From: Lytechinus pictus
Taxonomy: Eukaryota
Length of the DNA: 64,000 nt
Direction: 5' to 3'
NCBI RefSeq assembly: GCF_037042905.1
Contig: NC_087245.1
Span: 43,960,001-44,024,000 of the forward strand
Made by a program: the position numbers and the translations under genes. The number at the start of each line of letters is the position of its first letter. The first letter of the stretch is position 1. The notes under the pieces are model-generated. The model was not told the origin of the DNA. It saw nothing but the letters and a program-made list of their open reading frames with translations, and ran no database searches. Positions 1 to 13,870 of this stretch are shown here, piece by piece.

Positions 1-519
1 TCTATTTGGACCTCCCTTGATGATCACTATTTTTTATATACAGTATTGAAACTCGTTACTTTTCTCAAGTTAAAAAAATCTGGAAAATAAGACAAACCAT
101 GTTGTTAAAAAATCTGGAAAATAAGACAAACCATATGGTTTCATAAAATGCAGAAAAGTTTTAAAAAGTGAACTCGCATTTCTTTAGAAAAAAATATTTT
201 GTGGAAATACAAGTGACAATTGTGACAAATATACATTTTATATGAAAAATCACAACATTTTAGCTCCATAATTTATACAAACAGTTTCATTAATTCATGG
301 TTTAAATAGTTTATTATAAATCATCACTTAATTCACTAATATTTAACTTTACACAAAACCTTTAAAAATGCTGTGAGCCATTTTACATTTCCCATCATGA
401 CAAAATGATGATATATTGCTCCCAATTGTATATATAACTGATAGAATGAGGTTACTTAATTATATCGTCCTGCATGACTACTTAATAAGACTTTTCACTA
501 AAAAGGAAGAAATTAGGGG

Positions 520-1174
520 CAATGCTCCCTTTCTGATTGATAAAAAGTTCATTGTTTTATACAGGCTGTCCAGTAGAACACGCAAGTGCCTGTACAACAC
601 ACAAGTGTCCCGTATGACACAGTATTTTGTTTATGATATATTGACAGAAATATTCAGCCAATAGCGGTTTCTAACATAATAAATGTCTTTAGTTTGATAG
701 GATTATCATAATCAACAGCCAAATAAAAGTGATTAAAGAAGTCAAAGAGACATAAAGTAAGATAGTTTGGCTTCAATTTAGAGTTGTCCGTACGACACAT
801 TTTGAGTGTCCCGTACGCCACAATGTTCTCGAAAATTTATATTTGCTTTTATATTTATTCACGAATGTTTATTTTGATTTCTTTCATATATGTGTTTGTT
901 CTTGGGTAATTGAATATCAATTTGAGTTCAGTTTTTATGAAAATTATCTGGCCAACTCACAGACTTTAGAGTACAAACTTTAGGTTTCTAAAAAAAGCCA
1001 CTTTTTCTGCGTCCCGTACGACACATTACTATTTTAAATCTGTATTATACAGGATGTGAACACTCTGGTAGTACTTGATGATCACCTTAAGTTACTGGAA
1101 TATTTTTTGTTTTTCTTGTCGAAAAACTGTCAAATGTTCTCTAAATGTCCCGTACGACACGTATGGAATCACCC
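520..1174. mobile_element. One end of a non-autonomous DNA transposon (GGG-terminal, Sola2-like)
   Basis: Ends ...GTATGGAATCACCC; subterminal motif GTCCCGTACGACAC in about 5 variants (607, 785, 806, 1010, 1146). Other end not found; start coordinate approximate. Confidence 0.45.
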
Positions 1175-1265
1175 TATAGCATTATGTTGGTAAATTACAA
1201 GTACCTTTTATTGGAAACCCATTAATGTAAACAAATCATAACATAGAATAGAGGTCTGGAAGGAA

Positions 1266-1733
1266 CGCATACATTCGTAATTCCGAAGCCTCGTTATTCC
1301 GAAGGTTAGGATATTCCGAAGGTTCGTATTTCCGAAGGTTCGTAATTCCGAAGGTTCGTTAGTCCGAAAACGAAATGAGGTTCGTAATTCCGAAGGTTCG
1401 TTAGTCCGAAAAGGAAGTGAGGTTCGTAATTCCGAAGGTTCGTTAGTCCGAAAACGAAATGATTAACAAACGTTATTTCGTTTTCGGACTAACGAACCTT
1501 CGGAAGAACGAACCTTATTTCGTTTTCGAATTAACGAACCTTCGGAACAACGAACCTTATTTCGTTTTCGGATTAACGAACCTTTGGAACATCGAACCTT
1601 ATTTCGTGTTCGGATTGTCGAACCTTCGGAATAACGCCACAAATGTTCGGATTAACGAACCCTTTTACGTTTTCGGATTAACGAACATCGAGGTATAGGC
1701 AATTTACGTGTTTCGGAATTACGAAGTGTAACC
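1266..1733. mobile_element. Foldback (TU-type) mini-element with 16-bp tandem units in inverted arms
   Basis: GGTTCGTAATTCCGAA units on the left and their reverse complement on the right; flanked by GGAAGGAA at 1258-1265 and 1734-1741. Confidence 0.75.
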
Positions 1734-2439
1734 GGAAGGAAACGAGCACTCTGATTTGTCAGGACAATGATGCATGCGTTCTGAGAAAACACTCTGAACA
1801 GAAACACACAGCATTCTTGATTGGCAGCCCTGGCTTTCCATAGTTGTCTGATCGATCACAGCTCTTTGTTGGATGGGGTCTTGATGAGGATCCCACTAAT
1901 TTGAGTGTGTATGACAGGTGAATCCACTAAGGAAATTAAAAGCATTTCATTTCTCATTTGTTTTGTTTTCATCTTGATCAGGAGATGGCAGCATTGATTT
2001 GAAATAATCTGGCTGAAAATAATGATTGAAATCATGTTTTAGGTCCTAAAATGACCAGTAATGAGATTCAGAATATCCAATGACACCCTATCCGATAAAA
2101 ACACAGAGAGAGAGAAAAAAAAGGGGAGATCCCCTCAAAATTCAGACTGCAAACTCCAACCAATAATTCTGATAGATTAATTATTGGTCATAATAAAAAT
2201 GTGTTGATGTTTACTGATTTTTACCTCTAAAAGAGAGCCCAGAACAATAAATAAAAGAACGTGCAAAATATGGGATTATTAAATAAATCCATTTTATTTG
2301 GTGCAGCACATTTGTTTCCAACATTTTATATTTCCAATTTTAGTCAGAGTCTTTTAATCATTTATTAGCATACGATTAGCACACTTATTAATATCGTACC
2401 TTTCTTAATGGATGTGATGATTTAAAGAAGCATACTTAA

Positions 2440-3143
2440 AGGTCAAGTCCACCTCAGAAAAATGTTGATTTTAATGAATAGAGAAAAATCAAACTAGCAT
2501 AATGCTGAAAATTTTATCAAAATTGGATGTTAAATAAGAAAGTCATGACATTTTGAAGTTTTGCTTATTTTTCACAAAACAGTGATATGCACAACCCAGT
2601 GCCATGCAAATGAGACAGTCAATGATGTCCCTCACTTTTACAGTTTTGACAATGAGGACCAACTTGACTGAACCATATAGTATTACACAATGCTAATTTC
2701 ACATGTTCAGGGAGGAATTAATCGTTGTTTCACTTGACAATGAGAAAATGAGAATATTTCATATATCATATAAAATGAGAATATTTCATATATCATATAA
2801 ATTTTATATGATATATGAAATATTCTCATTTTCTCATTGTCAAGTGAAACAATGATTAATTCCTCCCTGAACATGTGAAATGAGCATTGTGTAATACTAT
2901 ATGGTTCAGTCAAGTTGGTCCTCATTGTTATAAAATACAAAAGAGAGTGGATGGCGTCATCAGGCTGCTCATTTGCATACCGACCGGGATGTGCATTTAA
3001 CTGTTTTGTGAATTTAAGCAAAACTTTAAAAATGTCATAACTTTCTTATTTTACATCCGATTTTCACGAACTTTTCAGTGTTATGCTTGTTGGATTTTTC
3101 TCTTTTGATTCAAATAAACTTTATGTTGGGGTGGACTTATCCT
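2440..3143. mobile_element. Kolobok/T2-like MITE
   Basis: TTAA|AGG...CCT|TTAA with long imperfect TIRs; same family as 42897, 53467 and 61467. Confidence 0.8.
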
Positions 3144-4787
3144 TTAAGGTGGGCATTGGGATAAAAAAAATGTTTTCCTTTCAAAATAGTCTGTGAACTG
3201 TAAGCCTTCGGAATATATATGTAATTTATGGGTTACATAATATATACTTATTTCTAAGGGTAATCAGGATTTCATCAATTGATATTGCTCCTAAATTTAA
3301 AATACAAATGGGTTTCTTGATATATGCATTGATTATGTACATTAATCTGGAGAATGTGCATACATTGTAAGATTGACTCCATTGATCAGCAAACATGTGA
3401 TAACTTTTTTAATAGATGCTATATCTTGGGTGTCTTTACAAATAACTAGTTTAAAATGTTTAAAGGTTTATATGCCTGTAAACCAACTCTTATTCTAAAG
3501 AAAGATGTACATTGTGTAGGTAAATCATATATTAGAATCGTATGTCTTTTACTTCTGCTATATGTACTCACATGAAGAAATGTATTATCAGTTGAATGCT
3601 AAACAATGTATAATAATGTAACATCAAGAAAAGTGTCAAGAGTAAACTTCTCTCGCCTTCTTCACAATTTGGACTAATAAATGTCTATGAAGCATGCTGT
3701 ATTCGTGTTGTCTTTAAAAAAAAAAAAACTAATTTCAAATGACATCACACATTTTGGTCATAATTTGCCTGCAAAAAAGAGGTGGAATCAATTGTCTGTG
3801 ACATGTCAGGATTCCTGAGACGGCAATGGAAAGGAGAAACCGTCATTATATATTTTAGCTTTACGTACACCCTAGGTAATAACGGGTATTTGAAGGCTTA
3901 AGAGACTATAATTAAACCAAGTTTTATGATACGGGGGGGGGGATCAGAATATTTGAAAATACAAAAGAGACTAATGTGTGACATCATCTGCTCACTCATT
4001 TGCAATTTTGCATACTGCTAAAAATATGCACATAACAAAACTTGAAATGTCCCATTTTTTTTTTTTTTTTTTTTTTTGGGGGGGGGGGGTGAAATTTCCA
4101 ATGCTTTTCAATGCAACTTTTTGTTTGGGTGGACAGGCTTTCAAAGTTTGTGTGTATGAGATAGAAAAGGAACATTGTTTTCTACATTATCCCAAGCAAC
4201 ACATAACTGAACAGCCAAAGAGATAAAAAGTTGATGATATCATTCTTTTTGGTGATGGCATTTCTTGACTATGAACAATGTTTCATATAAAAACACATAT
4301 CAAACCATCATTAGTTTACTGATCCAAATAACTGAGGTGTCATAATAATATTGATTAGGAAAGACAACTTATTTTTTTGTAACTGACACGGTGTCAGTTA
4401 CAAAAAAATTAAGTTGTCTTTCCTAATCAGTTTTATTATTTTTTGCCTCATCTTGAGACATCAAGTTGGGATTTTGCATCCATACCATCAGCAAATAAAT
4501 AGTAGACTGAAAATATGATCAAAATGTAGCCACTGAAAAAAAAAAGTTTACACTAAATGGCATGAATAGAAATGGGTTAGTTCTAGTGGAAAGAGTGATT
4601 TGAATATATACTTTTTTTAGGGGTGTTCTGAGGGGTGTTTTACAAAGATTTAAGGACGTTCCACAGTTATGTTTGTGCGCATCATGATCTGCACATATTT
4701 TACACTCTGCGCGTGTCAGGAAAGAAATTTATTAAATTCAATTCCTTTGATTAGACTCGTGTTCTGAGTTTATAAAGATAAATCATG

Positions 4788-5482
4788 TGTTGTAAATATT
4801 CAAACCTAGGTAAAAATGTACATGTGTTAGGAATATCCATCACATCCTTATCAGGTGGATGACATATTTTGTACAAGTGTTTTAAATAGTTATATACAGT
4901 TCTCTTTAATAAATGGATTTGTGCAATTGCACAGGAAGTGTCTTTTGTTATAGAGATTGTATTGCTTTATGCACTCAAATTCTTTGAATTACTTTATAGA
5001 AATTTTACAGATAGTCCTAGTAACGGTAGGGTATATTAGGAGGTTAATTTCAGTAATTCAGGGAGAACCACCTAAGCAAGAATAGACCACAGATGTTAGT
5101 ATAGGCAGTCGAAGTTAAAACTGAGGGACTACGTCGGTGACGAGATAACGACCCCAGCTGCCGCCGGTTCTCCACCGACATGATTCGTCAAAATTCATGT
5201 CATCATTGGGGGCTCGATCTCGTCCACTTTGTTGAAGCCACATCTCTCTGATCTGGGGGCTACTCATCAAGGGGCAACACTGTCTGCGGAGGCCGAGTGG
5301 AAGAGACATCGCAAGCTGCGGAGGCCAGGAACTGGACCGACCACCAGGCCGAGTGGGGCATGTCAGGCCAGAAGAGATGATGGGGGCTCGAGTCAACAAT
5401 TATTGTTAAGTTATATTTTGTTATCAATAGTCATGCATATTTAATGTACAATTATTGTAAAACAAATCAAAAGGAAACAACA
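4788..5482. mobile_element. Possible solo LTR or LTR-element remnant
   Basis: TGTTGT...ACAACA termini; flanks TCATG/TAATG (5 bp, 1 mismatch); GC-rich core at 5100-5400. Confidence 0.4.
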
Positions 5483-6443
5483 TAATGATTTAAGAGATTT
5501 GATTAAATCTTTTAATACCTGTATTTTATCAGTTTTACGTATTCCTTATGGGTGTCAAGCAGCAGTAGGTATATAATTTAAAAAAGTCACTCCCACGTGA
5601 CAGTGCGCTGAAGTCACAATGGATGAACAGGTGATTAATCAGCTGTAGGTATGAGCTGATTTTTCTCCTTATCTGCACTAACTGCAGATCCGATGTGTTA
5701 TTTTATGAAGCTAATAAACTGGAATTATTCTATGGACCATTTTTTTCAAATTCCTCTCAATTTAAAAATAGTTTACTCTTTAGTGCTGCAATGTATGACG
5801 ACTATGACCCCGAGTTTGAATGAATGGTAGGGTGGTTTGGAATTTTTCCTCACATACATACAAAGCTTTTTGCGCTTTTGGGGGTGTTTTAAAAAGCACA
5901 TTTGCTCTAACATGTTGAATAAAAGTGCTGATAGTTTGAAAACAAGCACATGAACCCATATTGTTTAATGTTTGCACCTCTTAGGTATACCTTCCTCTAC
6001 AACTTTGCAAAGTTTAGTGAAAATTGCATGGGTTTTGAATTGCATCATTTCTTGTACTTCTCAAGTTTGTTATTGAAATTTCACATTTTTTGAGGTTGAG
6101 TTTTTGTTTATCTTTCGAACAATTTCTAAGAACTGAGAGTGCTGTTAGACTTAAAAGAGTAAACTATTAATTAATGTTTACATGTATACACATGACTGTT
6201 AACATAAGATACCCCAAACTGCCCTCGTTCCCACATAATGGGAGTCCATTTCCTATAATTGTATCAAACATGCAAAATATTGAACTTTCCATTTTTATGC
6301 TTTTTAAAAATGAGCATTACTGTCTAAAAAGAAAAGAGTTGATTTCACTTGTAGCCGATGGGGATAAAAATGATTAAGAGTCTGGTTTAACACCCCAAAA
6401 ACGATCACCAGTCATGCGTCAAGTACATGTAACTTACAAGCAG

Positions 6444-6621
6444 GGGGCCGTTTCATAAGGCTGTTCGTAAGTTAAGAGCAACTTTAAGAACGACTGGTGA
6501 ACCCTTCTTACGCGCTAAACAATCGTCAATTCAATACACATGTACCATTTACCACAAGAAAGGATCACCAGTCGTTCTTAAAGTTGCTCTTAACTTACAA
6601 ACAGCTTTATGAAACACCAAC
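6444..6621. mobile_element. Harbinger-like palindromic MITE (about 170 bp)
   Basis: TIRs of about 60 bp starting GGGGCCGTTTCATAA; copies at 48557-48715 and 53907-54077. Confidence 0.7.
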
Positions 6622-8919
6622 CTGGTCAAGTATCAAAAGAGAAATCATGACCAGGGGGCCGGTTCCATAAAGACTTGTATATAATAACAAATGCACATCT
6701 TCTATGAGAAGTATACTACTAGCCAATCAAATTGAAGGATTTCAGTAGCTTTAATCTGTTATTGCATATTTGTAAACAAATTTATGAAATGGGCTCCTGC
6801 AATTTCAATTGGTATCCATTCAATACTTATAATATAGTGTCCACACTAGGAGGAACTCTAAGAAGATAAGTGGAGACCTATTTGAAAGTTCACAAATATC
6901 AAAGCCAATCCCATGTTCATATACGGTTACAAAAAATATACTTGTAACCACCTCAGGTAAGTTTACAAATTTTATAAAAACATCTGGATAACAAAATTTA
7001 CATAAACTGAATGCATTGATGATGACTTTTCTGATACCACAAAGAATGACTTTGACACCAGGTGGAAAGTACATGTACATGAATATAAAACGAAACAAGG
7101 AATAATATCACTGATGATCAGTTTGATCAGTTTTCTATATATTCAAGGCTTGATGAAAGCAAATAGCCTGTTCCCCATTTGTTTTTGTTTCTTTCGGGAA
7201 GGACTTTGCCTTTTACTGAGCGGTAGGCTTCCCTGAAAATATATCCTTCATCAATGTAAAGCAGTTAAAATGAATATTCCAATTTTTTTCCATGTTTCTG
7301 TTACAAATGGGCACAGATACTTTAAATCAGAATTCCAAATTTACAGATTACAAAGTGTGATATAGGAAAACGTTCATGTATGAGCAAATACAAATTTATG
7401 GTATTACAGGGCTTACATGAATAACTGCAGCATGTACATTACATTCTACATAAATGCGCCACTGAGCAATCTTTACACAAGAAATGCTAAAGAAAGAAAA
7501 ACTCTGATAAAAATCAAAGATATTGCAAATGTGAATCCAAATCAAGCTTATTCACTAATGGAAAGGAAGATAGACAATCAATATTTTACTTTCTATTCTC
7601 ACTTTGTATCACATGGTAGAACAGAATATGTTCATGTTTTGGGTAACTCCTTTATACCAATTTCATGCAGCTGCAAAAACATGAAATAAAACTTTGAAGG
7701 TTATCAATTTTAACAAGTTAACTCATCCTCAAGTACATAGCACCATGCATCGATAAATCACTGAATTATTCAGATATGTGAACACTTAAAAAACAGGGTG
7801 TTAAAACCAACACCAGTTGGTGTTCATAGAGGACCACACCCTGAGATGTTAAAATTACACCAAAGAGATTGATACAATACTTAAGGGTGTAAAAGTAACA
7901 ACCAAAGGTGCTGTAATAACATCCATAGGTGTTGAACTAACAACATGAGTGGCGTGGCCAACTATGTACACCAATAAACACCATGATAGTTTTCACTGTG
8001 TAGATTTGGATATCTGTCATTATCCAAGTTGAAAGGAATGTCATTGCTTTTCTCCAATGATCAATGGATTAATGGCGGGGGGGGGGGGGGGGTTCATGCT
8101 ACATCTCTCCACATGCTTTCACGGTGGTCCCCAGGGTGTTATACAGGTATAACTAGGGTGTTTTAACACCATGGCCAGTGAGCTCCCTAATGGTTTCCTG
8201 TCATGGCCTTCAAGGTGCAGGTACACCGGACACGCCAAGTAACCAGGCCCCAAACCTCATCAACATTAAACCACTCATAGAATGAGTGCATAATCGCCAA
8301 CACTGGAGGTCCATAAACAGGGACAAAGGATTACAAAAAGATGAAAAACAGGGACATTACTACCTTCTCTACACAAATCTACGGGCAAATTTTTTTTAAA
8401 AGCATGCAGAGGCTGCAATGCTCAGTTTGAAAGGTGTTAAAGATATTTAACAAGTTTTAGAAACCAGCGTACAGCAGATTTGGCTTTATTCAGGCTAGAC
8501 CACAACATATTTTATGCACCATGTCTTATCATACAAACATGTCACATATAATTTTATGTAGGTTAGTATTTCAATCCTCTAGGACTAGCCAAATAAAAAT
8601 AGTTCCTGCAATCAAAATGATGAGATGAATTCTTACTATTTGCCCATCAAACAGCCAGCCACCATACCGGGTTTCACAGTGACCAAACCCATTTCAAGCA
8701 GCCAAGTTTGCTGCAAATAAAGTCATGACAGCTAGAGAACTATCCATCCATTAACAGGAATGCGGCATAACACTTTACCTCCATACACGAGTATCTGGCC
8801 AGCAGCATCACACTCCATACACCATGATCCATTAAGAACTTTGCTCTGTAAAAGATGGAATACAAGGAATAAAAATACTATGAATGCTGCAGTGGTGAAA
8901 TCAATGCTTTCGTACATTT

Positions 8920-9185
8920 AACAAGAGTGTCTCTAAAGCGAGCTTAAAATACACCTGCCTGTAACGTGGAAAATGGAGTTATTGGTCAAGCAAGAAAAGT
9001 GGAAGGTGGCAACTTCACACGTTTGACCTTCTGACCTCAAAATCAATAGAATTCCTGGGATCTATGCTAGTATCATACACACCAAATTATATGAGCCTAG
9101 GTTAAGTTTAACTAAAGTCATCGCATTTACAAGGACTGTAGAAGGGTAAGATGAAAATATGTCACTGTGACCTTGACCTTTGACC
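8920..9185 (+). mobile_element. 5' part of a Helentron-associated (HINE-like) tandem-core repeat; resumes at 14414-14637
   Basis: ~124-bp unit containing TGACCTTGACCTTTGACC, the same unit as 47606-48324; interrupted mid-unit by the 9190-14409 insertion. Confidence 0.65.
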
Positions 9186-11019
9186 ATAACCCTTTGTGTG
9201 CAGGGCCGTGTTTCCAAATTCACTCAGCTCTGACGAAGCCGTTTTCACGTTATGACAACTTTGTCCAAATTTGTGGGTAGCTTAATTTTGAATCACTTGC
9301 ATTTTTCTTCAAAGTAAGCAAAACGAAAAATTTTGTACATAAAACTTACAGAGTAGAATCTCATCTTTCAATTGACGCAACATGCTTGAAAACCACGAAT
9401 ATTAGAAGTACAAATTTTCAAGATGAAAGTGCGAACTTTTTTCGGAGTTCGGATTTCTTTTTACTTCTCCATTGGTTCATGTACAAAACGGGTCGCACGC
9501 ATTGCAGCACGCACGAATTGTTCATGGGGGCCTGACTTGACTATTGTCTCACTTCCGGTTATTCCGAGAACATTGCGTCGTCTGCTAAATTTGTTAAAAG
9601 CGTGGTGTACGAAGCTTTGTTGCCACACAATATGGCTACCAGCTCTGTTGAGTCATGGATTAGACCTAATAAAATACAGGGCTTATTTATAAAGTAGGAA
9701 AGACGACGCTGATAGACTTAGAATTTCATTGCCCGTTTACACTGTTCACCCATAAAAATTAAAATTGGCATTTTCTCCCAAGATTTTTTGAAATATGTCG
9801 AAAGACCAAACATACTTTGAAAGTGCATTTCTAATGAATGATTTCTGATCATTTTGAAATTGAAATTAATTAAATTGATTTATAATATTCATTGAGTTGT
9901 TACATGTATATGGTAATATTTTGTTTGTAATTTTTTTTTTCAATTTACCTTATCACAAGATTTCCAGAGCGATCATCTATCAATTAAAAATACATCATTT
10001 ACCACTTTTTCCTTATTTTATTCAATTCGCTATTATAGAGATTTCTAAAAGTTTATTCAACAAAGGGAATCTTTAGCATATTTCATTATCTCCTATATGG
10101 ATTTGTCAATGACAAGATCTTTCGTTTATATAGTTCTTGGTAATCTATGCATGCTTATTGCCTTACCTCAAACTTGTCATAAACTTCTTCAATATCTTCC
10201 CAAACAGTGAAGAAAAAAATATTAGTGAAATACACCAGGCCAAAAAGATTTGTGCAGCACTCAGACGCAAAGTGTATACATTGGATTAATGATTCCCTCA
10301 TTGTGTATTTTTTTTAACACTATAAATATATTTGGTAAAATTTTTACCACCACAAGGGTAATTACGTGTCCACCCAATTTGGGACAGTATTTTACCCAAT
10401 GCAAGAAGCATATCGTCCAGTAAGGTTAATAAGCAGAAATTTGGACACATAATTACCCTCATGGAGCACTTTTACCCAATATTTTTTAGAGCGAATTTTG
10501 TTTTTATCAACCATAGTTCTTTGCCCTTGCTGGATAAATCATAGAGAGGGGCATGATGATGAAATTAAAAATTACCTAAGAGGTCCTCTATATCGCAGGG
10601 GAAAAATAACCCGATGCTACATACGATTTCATTTTATTTATTTACCAAATAAAACAAATATACAACATTCGAATAATGTACAACATGGATATGCCTGGTG
10701 GATTTACGATTGCTTATTCCATTAAAAATATAAAACGGATCAACATCTAACCGAATTCTGGCAACTGTCAAATTTATAAAGGAAAAAATGAAAATGTTAA
10801 GAGTTGAATGTTGGCCATGATGTTAGATATTCTAAGCCTTTACTTTCCAATAAATAATAAAAGCAGCAACAATAATAATAATTCTTATTTACCCACGGAA
10901 CCCACTTCAGCTCTTATGAACTGTTCATCCAGTGGGTCCTGCATAACATACAGTTATAATTATCGTCCTAATACGTCAAGCGCCTGATGAAGGCATAAGG
11001 CGCAGCTCATTATCCCAAA

Positions 11020-11253
11020 GATTCGTTATTCCAAAACACGTAAATTCAAAATACCTCGAAGTTTGTTAGTCCAAAAATGTTGAAGGTTTCGTTAACCCAA
11101 ACATTTGTGGCGTTATTTCGAAGGTACTCTATTTAGAAAGTCAGTTAATCCGAAAATAAACGAGAGTTTGTTTGTTTACCTTTTCGGACTATAAACAAAC
11201 CTTTGGAATAACGAAATTTCGGAAGAACTTACCTTCGAAATAACGCCACAAAT
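11020..11253 (-). repeat. Decayed copy of the 1266-1733 foldback family
   Basis: Aligns to the reverse complement of about 1620-1725, with many CG-to-TG/CA changes. Confidence 0.7.
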
Positions 11254-13269
11254 CTACCCACGGATAGGGTTAACTGCTGATTCAACATGTAAGATAATAA
11301 TTCGTTATATTAACATTTATCTGGAGGATACATCTTGTCCACGAATGTGTGCCATTATGGGGGTATTATGTAACAACGAAGGGGGAGGGGAGAAAGTGGA
11401 AATGTGACATCTAGGCAGCACAATCAGTGCATATTCATGACCCTGTGCAAATATTTGTTTACCAAAAAATAATTACAAAAATAAATCTATTGACTTCGTT
11501 ATTCTTCATCTAATTTTGATGCAGCATTTAGTGTGTTTTTGTCTCTATTTATTATTTTTAGCCCGGAGTAATCAGTACATGCAATTAAGAATTCAAAACT
11601 CTTCAGTCTCATGAGCGCCCCGCCCATTCTGTTTCTCCTCTCCTTTTCTATACCTATTTTATTTCTACCTATATTTCACAATCTTCCCGAGCAATCTATC
11701 TCGCTTTTTTTTATTAAAAAAAACAACCAGTGAATCAAGATTTTAAATTCTAACTGGATAGCTTTAAATTGCCCACTTTAAAGTTTTGAAACAATATCCA
11801 TGCATCCACAGGGAAGGGGAATCATAATCATCATCATTATCATCATAATCAACTATCTTTATCATCATCCAAATATCCAAATAATCATCACATAGAGTCA
11901 TCTGGTTTGTGCTCCTAAAACTGAAGGGCTTAACTTGAACTATAAACCTATACGCGTTAAACACCTGTGGAGACTATTAGTATACAAGCAGGATACTGGT
12001 TGCTGTAACGACAGTGCAAGAGAGGCACAATAGTAAAAAGGCACTCTCCTGGTTCACAGTAAATCGGTATTGATTTTTAGGATAAAGACAACAGAGCATC
12101 AGCGAAGGATTACGCTCGCTCGACCATGTCAACTCTACAGTGGCTCAAACACTCGGCTCAAACAATTACAAAAAAGATTGAGGGCGAGAGTTTGATTGAA
12201 TATACAAGGTTATATATAGTAAGAAATAGCCCAAATTTCAATGGCCAGCATCCCCTCCAAAAAGGGAAAGTAAGGGTAAGGGACCCAATTTTGGTCACGC
12301 GCGTTTCCTGTATCGCAACTGCTAACAAAAATAATGCTGATCGGCATCTTTATATAATAAAAGTAGAAAGCTTTGTCGTCGAAAACCCATTAAAACAAAA
12401 TCTAAAGAAAACTGAACACGCTAATTAATTTTGCATTGTTTACAACTTTATATTTAATTTCTTATACACATACATCCAAATATAAAGATATTTTCATTAA
12501 TTTTATTCTTTATTTTATTCCTTTAGTTTGTCATTTCTTTATGTTTTCATACCGGCAATAGTCTATTGTAGCAATAATACAACGCAAGTTATAATTCACT
12601 GTCATTAGCGCTTGTTTCTTCGTTTTGAACATAAATTTTTGATATCGAAATTATTATGGTCTGCAATTAGAATCCATTATCACATCAACATCAACATGGT
12701 CATAATCATTGCTATAACTTTCATCATCATCTGAATGATCATCACATGCAGTCATCTAGTTTGTGCTCCTAAAAAGGAAGGGCTTTAAAACTTTAACTAT
12801 AAACCTATACACTTTAACACCTGTGGAGACTATACAAGCACGATCCTGGTTGCTATAACGACAGTACAAGAGAGGAGCAAAGTACATGAAGTAGGAAGGC
12901 ACTCTCCATGTTCACAATACATCGTTATTGAATTTTGGGATGAAAACAAAAGACGGGAAGTAGAGTATCAGTGAAAGGTTCAGCTCTAGCTCGACCATCC
13001 CCTAAAATCCCTAAACAGAAATGTGGAAACGAGAGATAGATAGAGGGAAATCAAACAAGTATAAACCTGAAAATTTCATAAAAATCATGTGTAAATAAGT
13101 TAGTAATGACATTTTATTGTTTTTACAATCATGCAAATCTTAGTCAGGAGCGCATCACCGACACAACGATACGTTTGTGTTTTATAATTATGTATTATTT
13201 GAATATGTTCAAAGTGATAAATTCGATTTGATTTCATTGAACATATACCGTAAGCGGGCTCTCCTACGA

Positions 13270-13870
13270 AAAAGCCTGGATCTTGCCCTTTTTCTATCTC
13301 TTTTCTCCTCTCGTTTTCCTCCTTCACCTAACTCTTCAGCCACTTTTTTTTTTTTAATATCTCTTTGCATATTGTCCCCATTTCCAGTGTCTTGCTGTCT
13401 ACTCCTTGTGTTTCTTTCTCCATTTTGTTACCTCACTTTTTTCATCATTTTTTTCCTCTTGTTGATCTCCTACTTGACCACCCTTTTTATCGTTTTCATC
13501 TGTTACAAGTTCTTTTCCGTCTCATATTTGTATTTCCCCATTCTGCCATCCCCTATCCCTCAGTCACTTCTTCCTACCTTTTCTTTATCTCTCTTTATTT
13601 TCCTATATTTTGCCTGATCCTTATATTGTACTTTCTCACCCTCCTATTCTCGTTCTCATCCGTGACTCCGTATCTTTGTAATTATGTATCCTTCTTATTA
13701 GACCACCTCAATCTTCCTCTTTCCCTTTTCTTTGATCCTCCTTTTCCCGATCCCGTTCTAATCATTTTCAATCACCATCATCTTTATCATAATATTTTTT
13801 TACATTTTCTCTCTCACTCACTCAATATTCCTCATCTCATAAGCCCCTCTTCCATCCAGCCCTTTCTTAC
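13270..13870. repeat. Pyrimidine-rich low-complexity tract
   Basis: C/T-dominated sequence; the overlapping F/L/S-rich ORFs are compositional. Confidence 0.8.

Noticed and set aside
1275..1730. Regular short repeats resembling a CRISPR array, and ORF 1459-1698
   Set aside because: No unique spacers; the units invert at the centre; the context is eukaryotic; the ORF is a translation of the repeat.
1856..1926. Minus-strand acceptor TTCCTTAG followed by DSPVIHTQISGILIKTPSNKEL-stop
   Set aside because: No recognisable homology and no supportable upstream partner exon.
5115..5444. GC-rich ORFs 5115-5399 and 5229-5444
   Set aside because: No recognisable protein family or splice framework; better explained as repeat interior.
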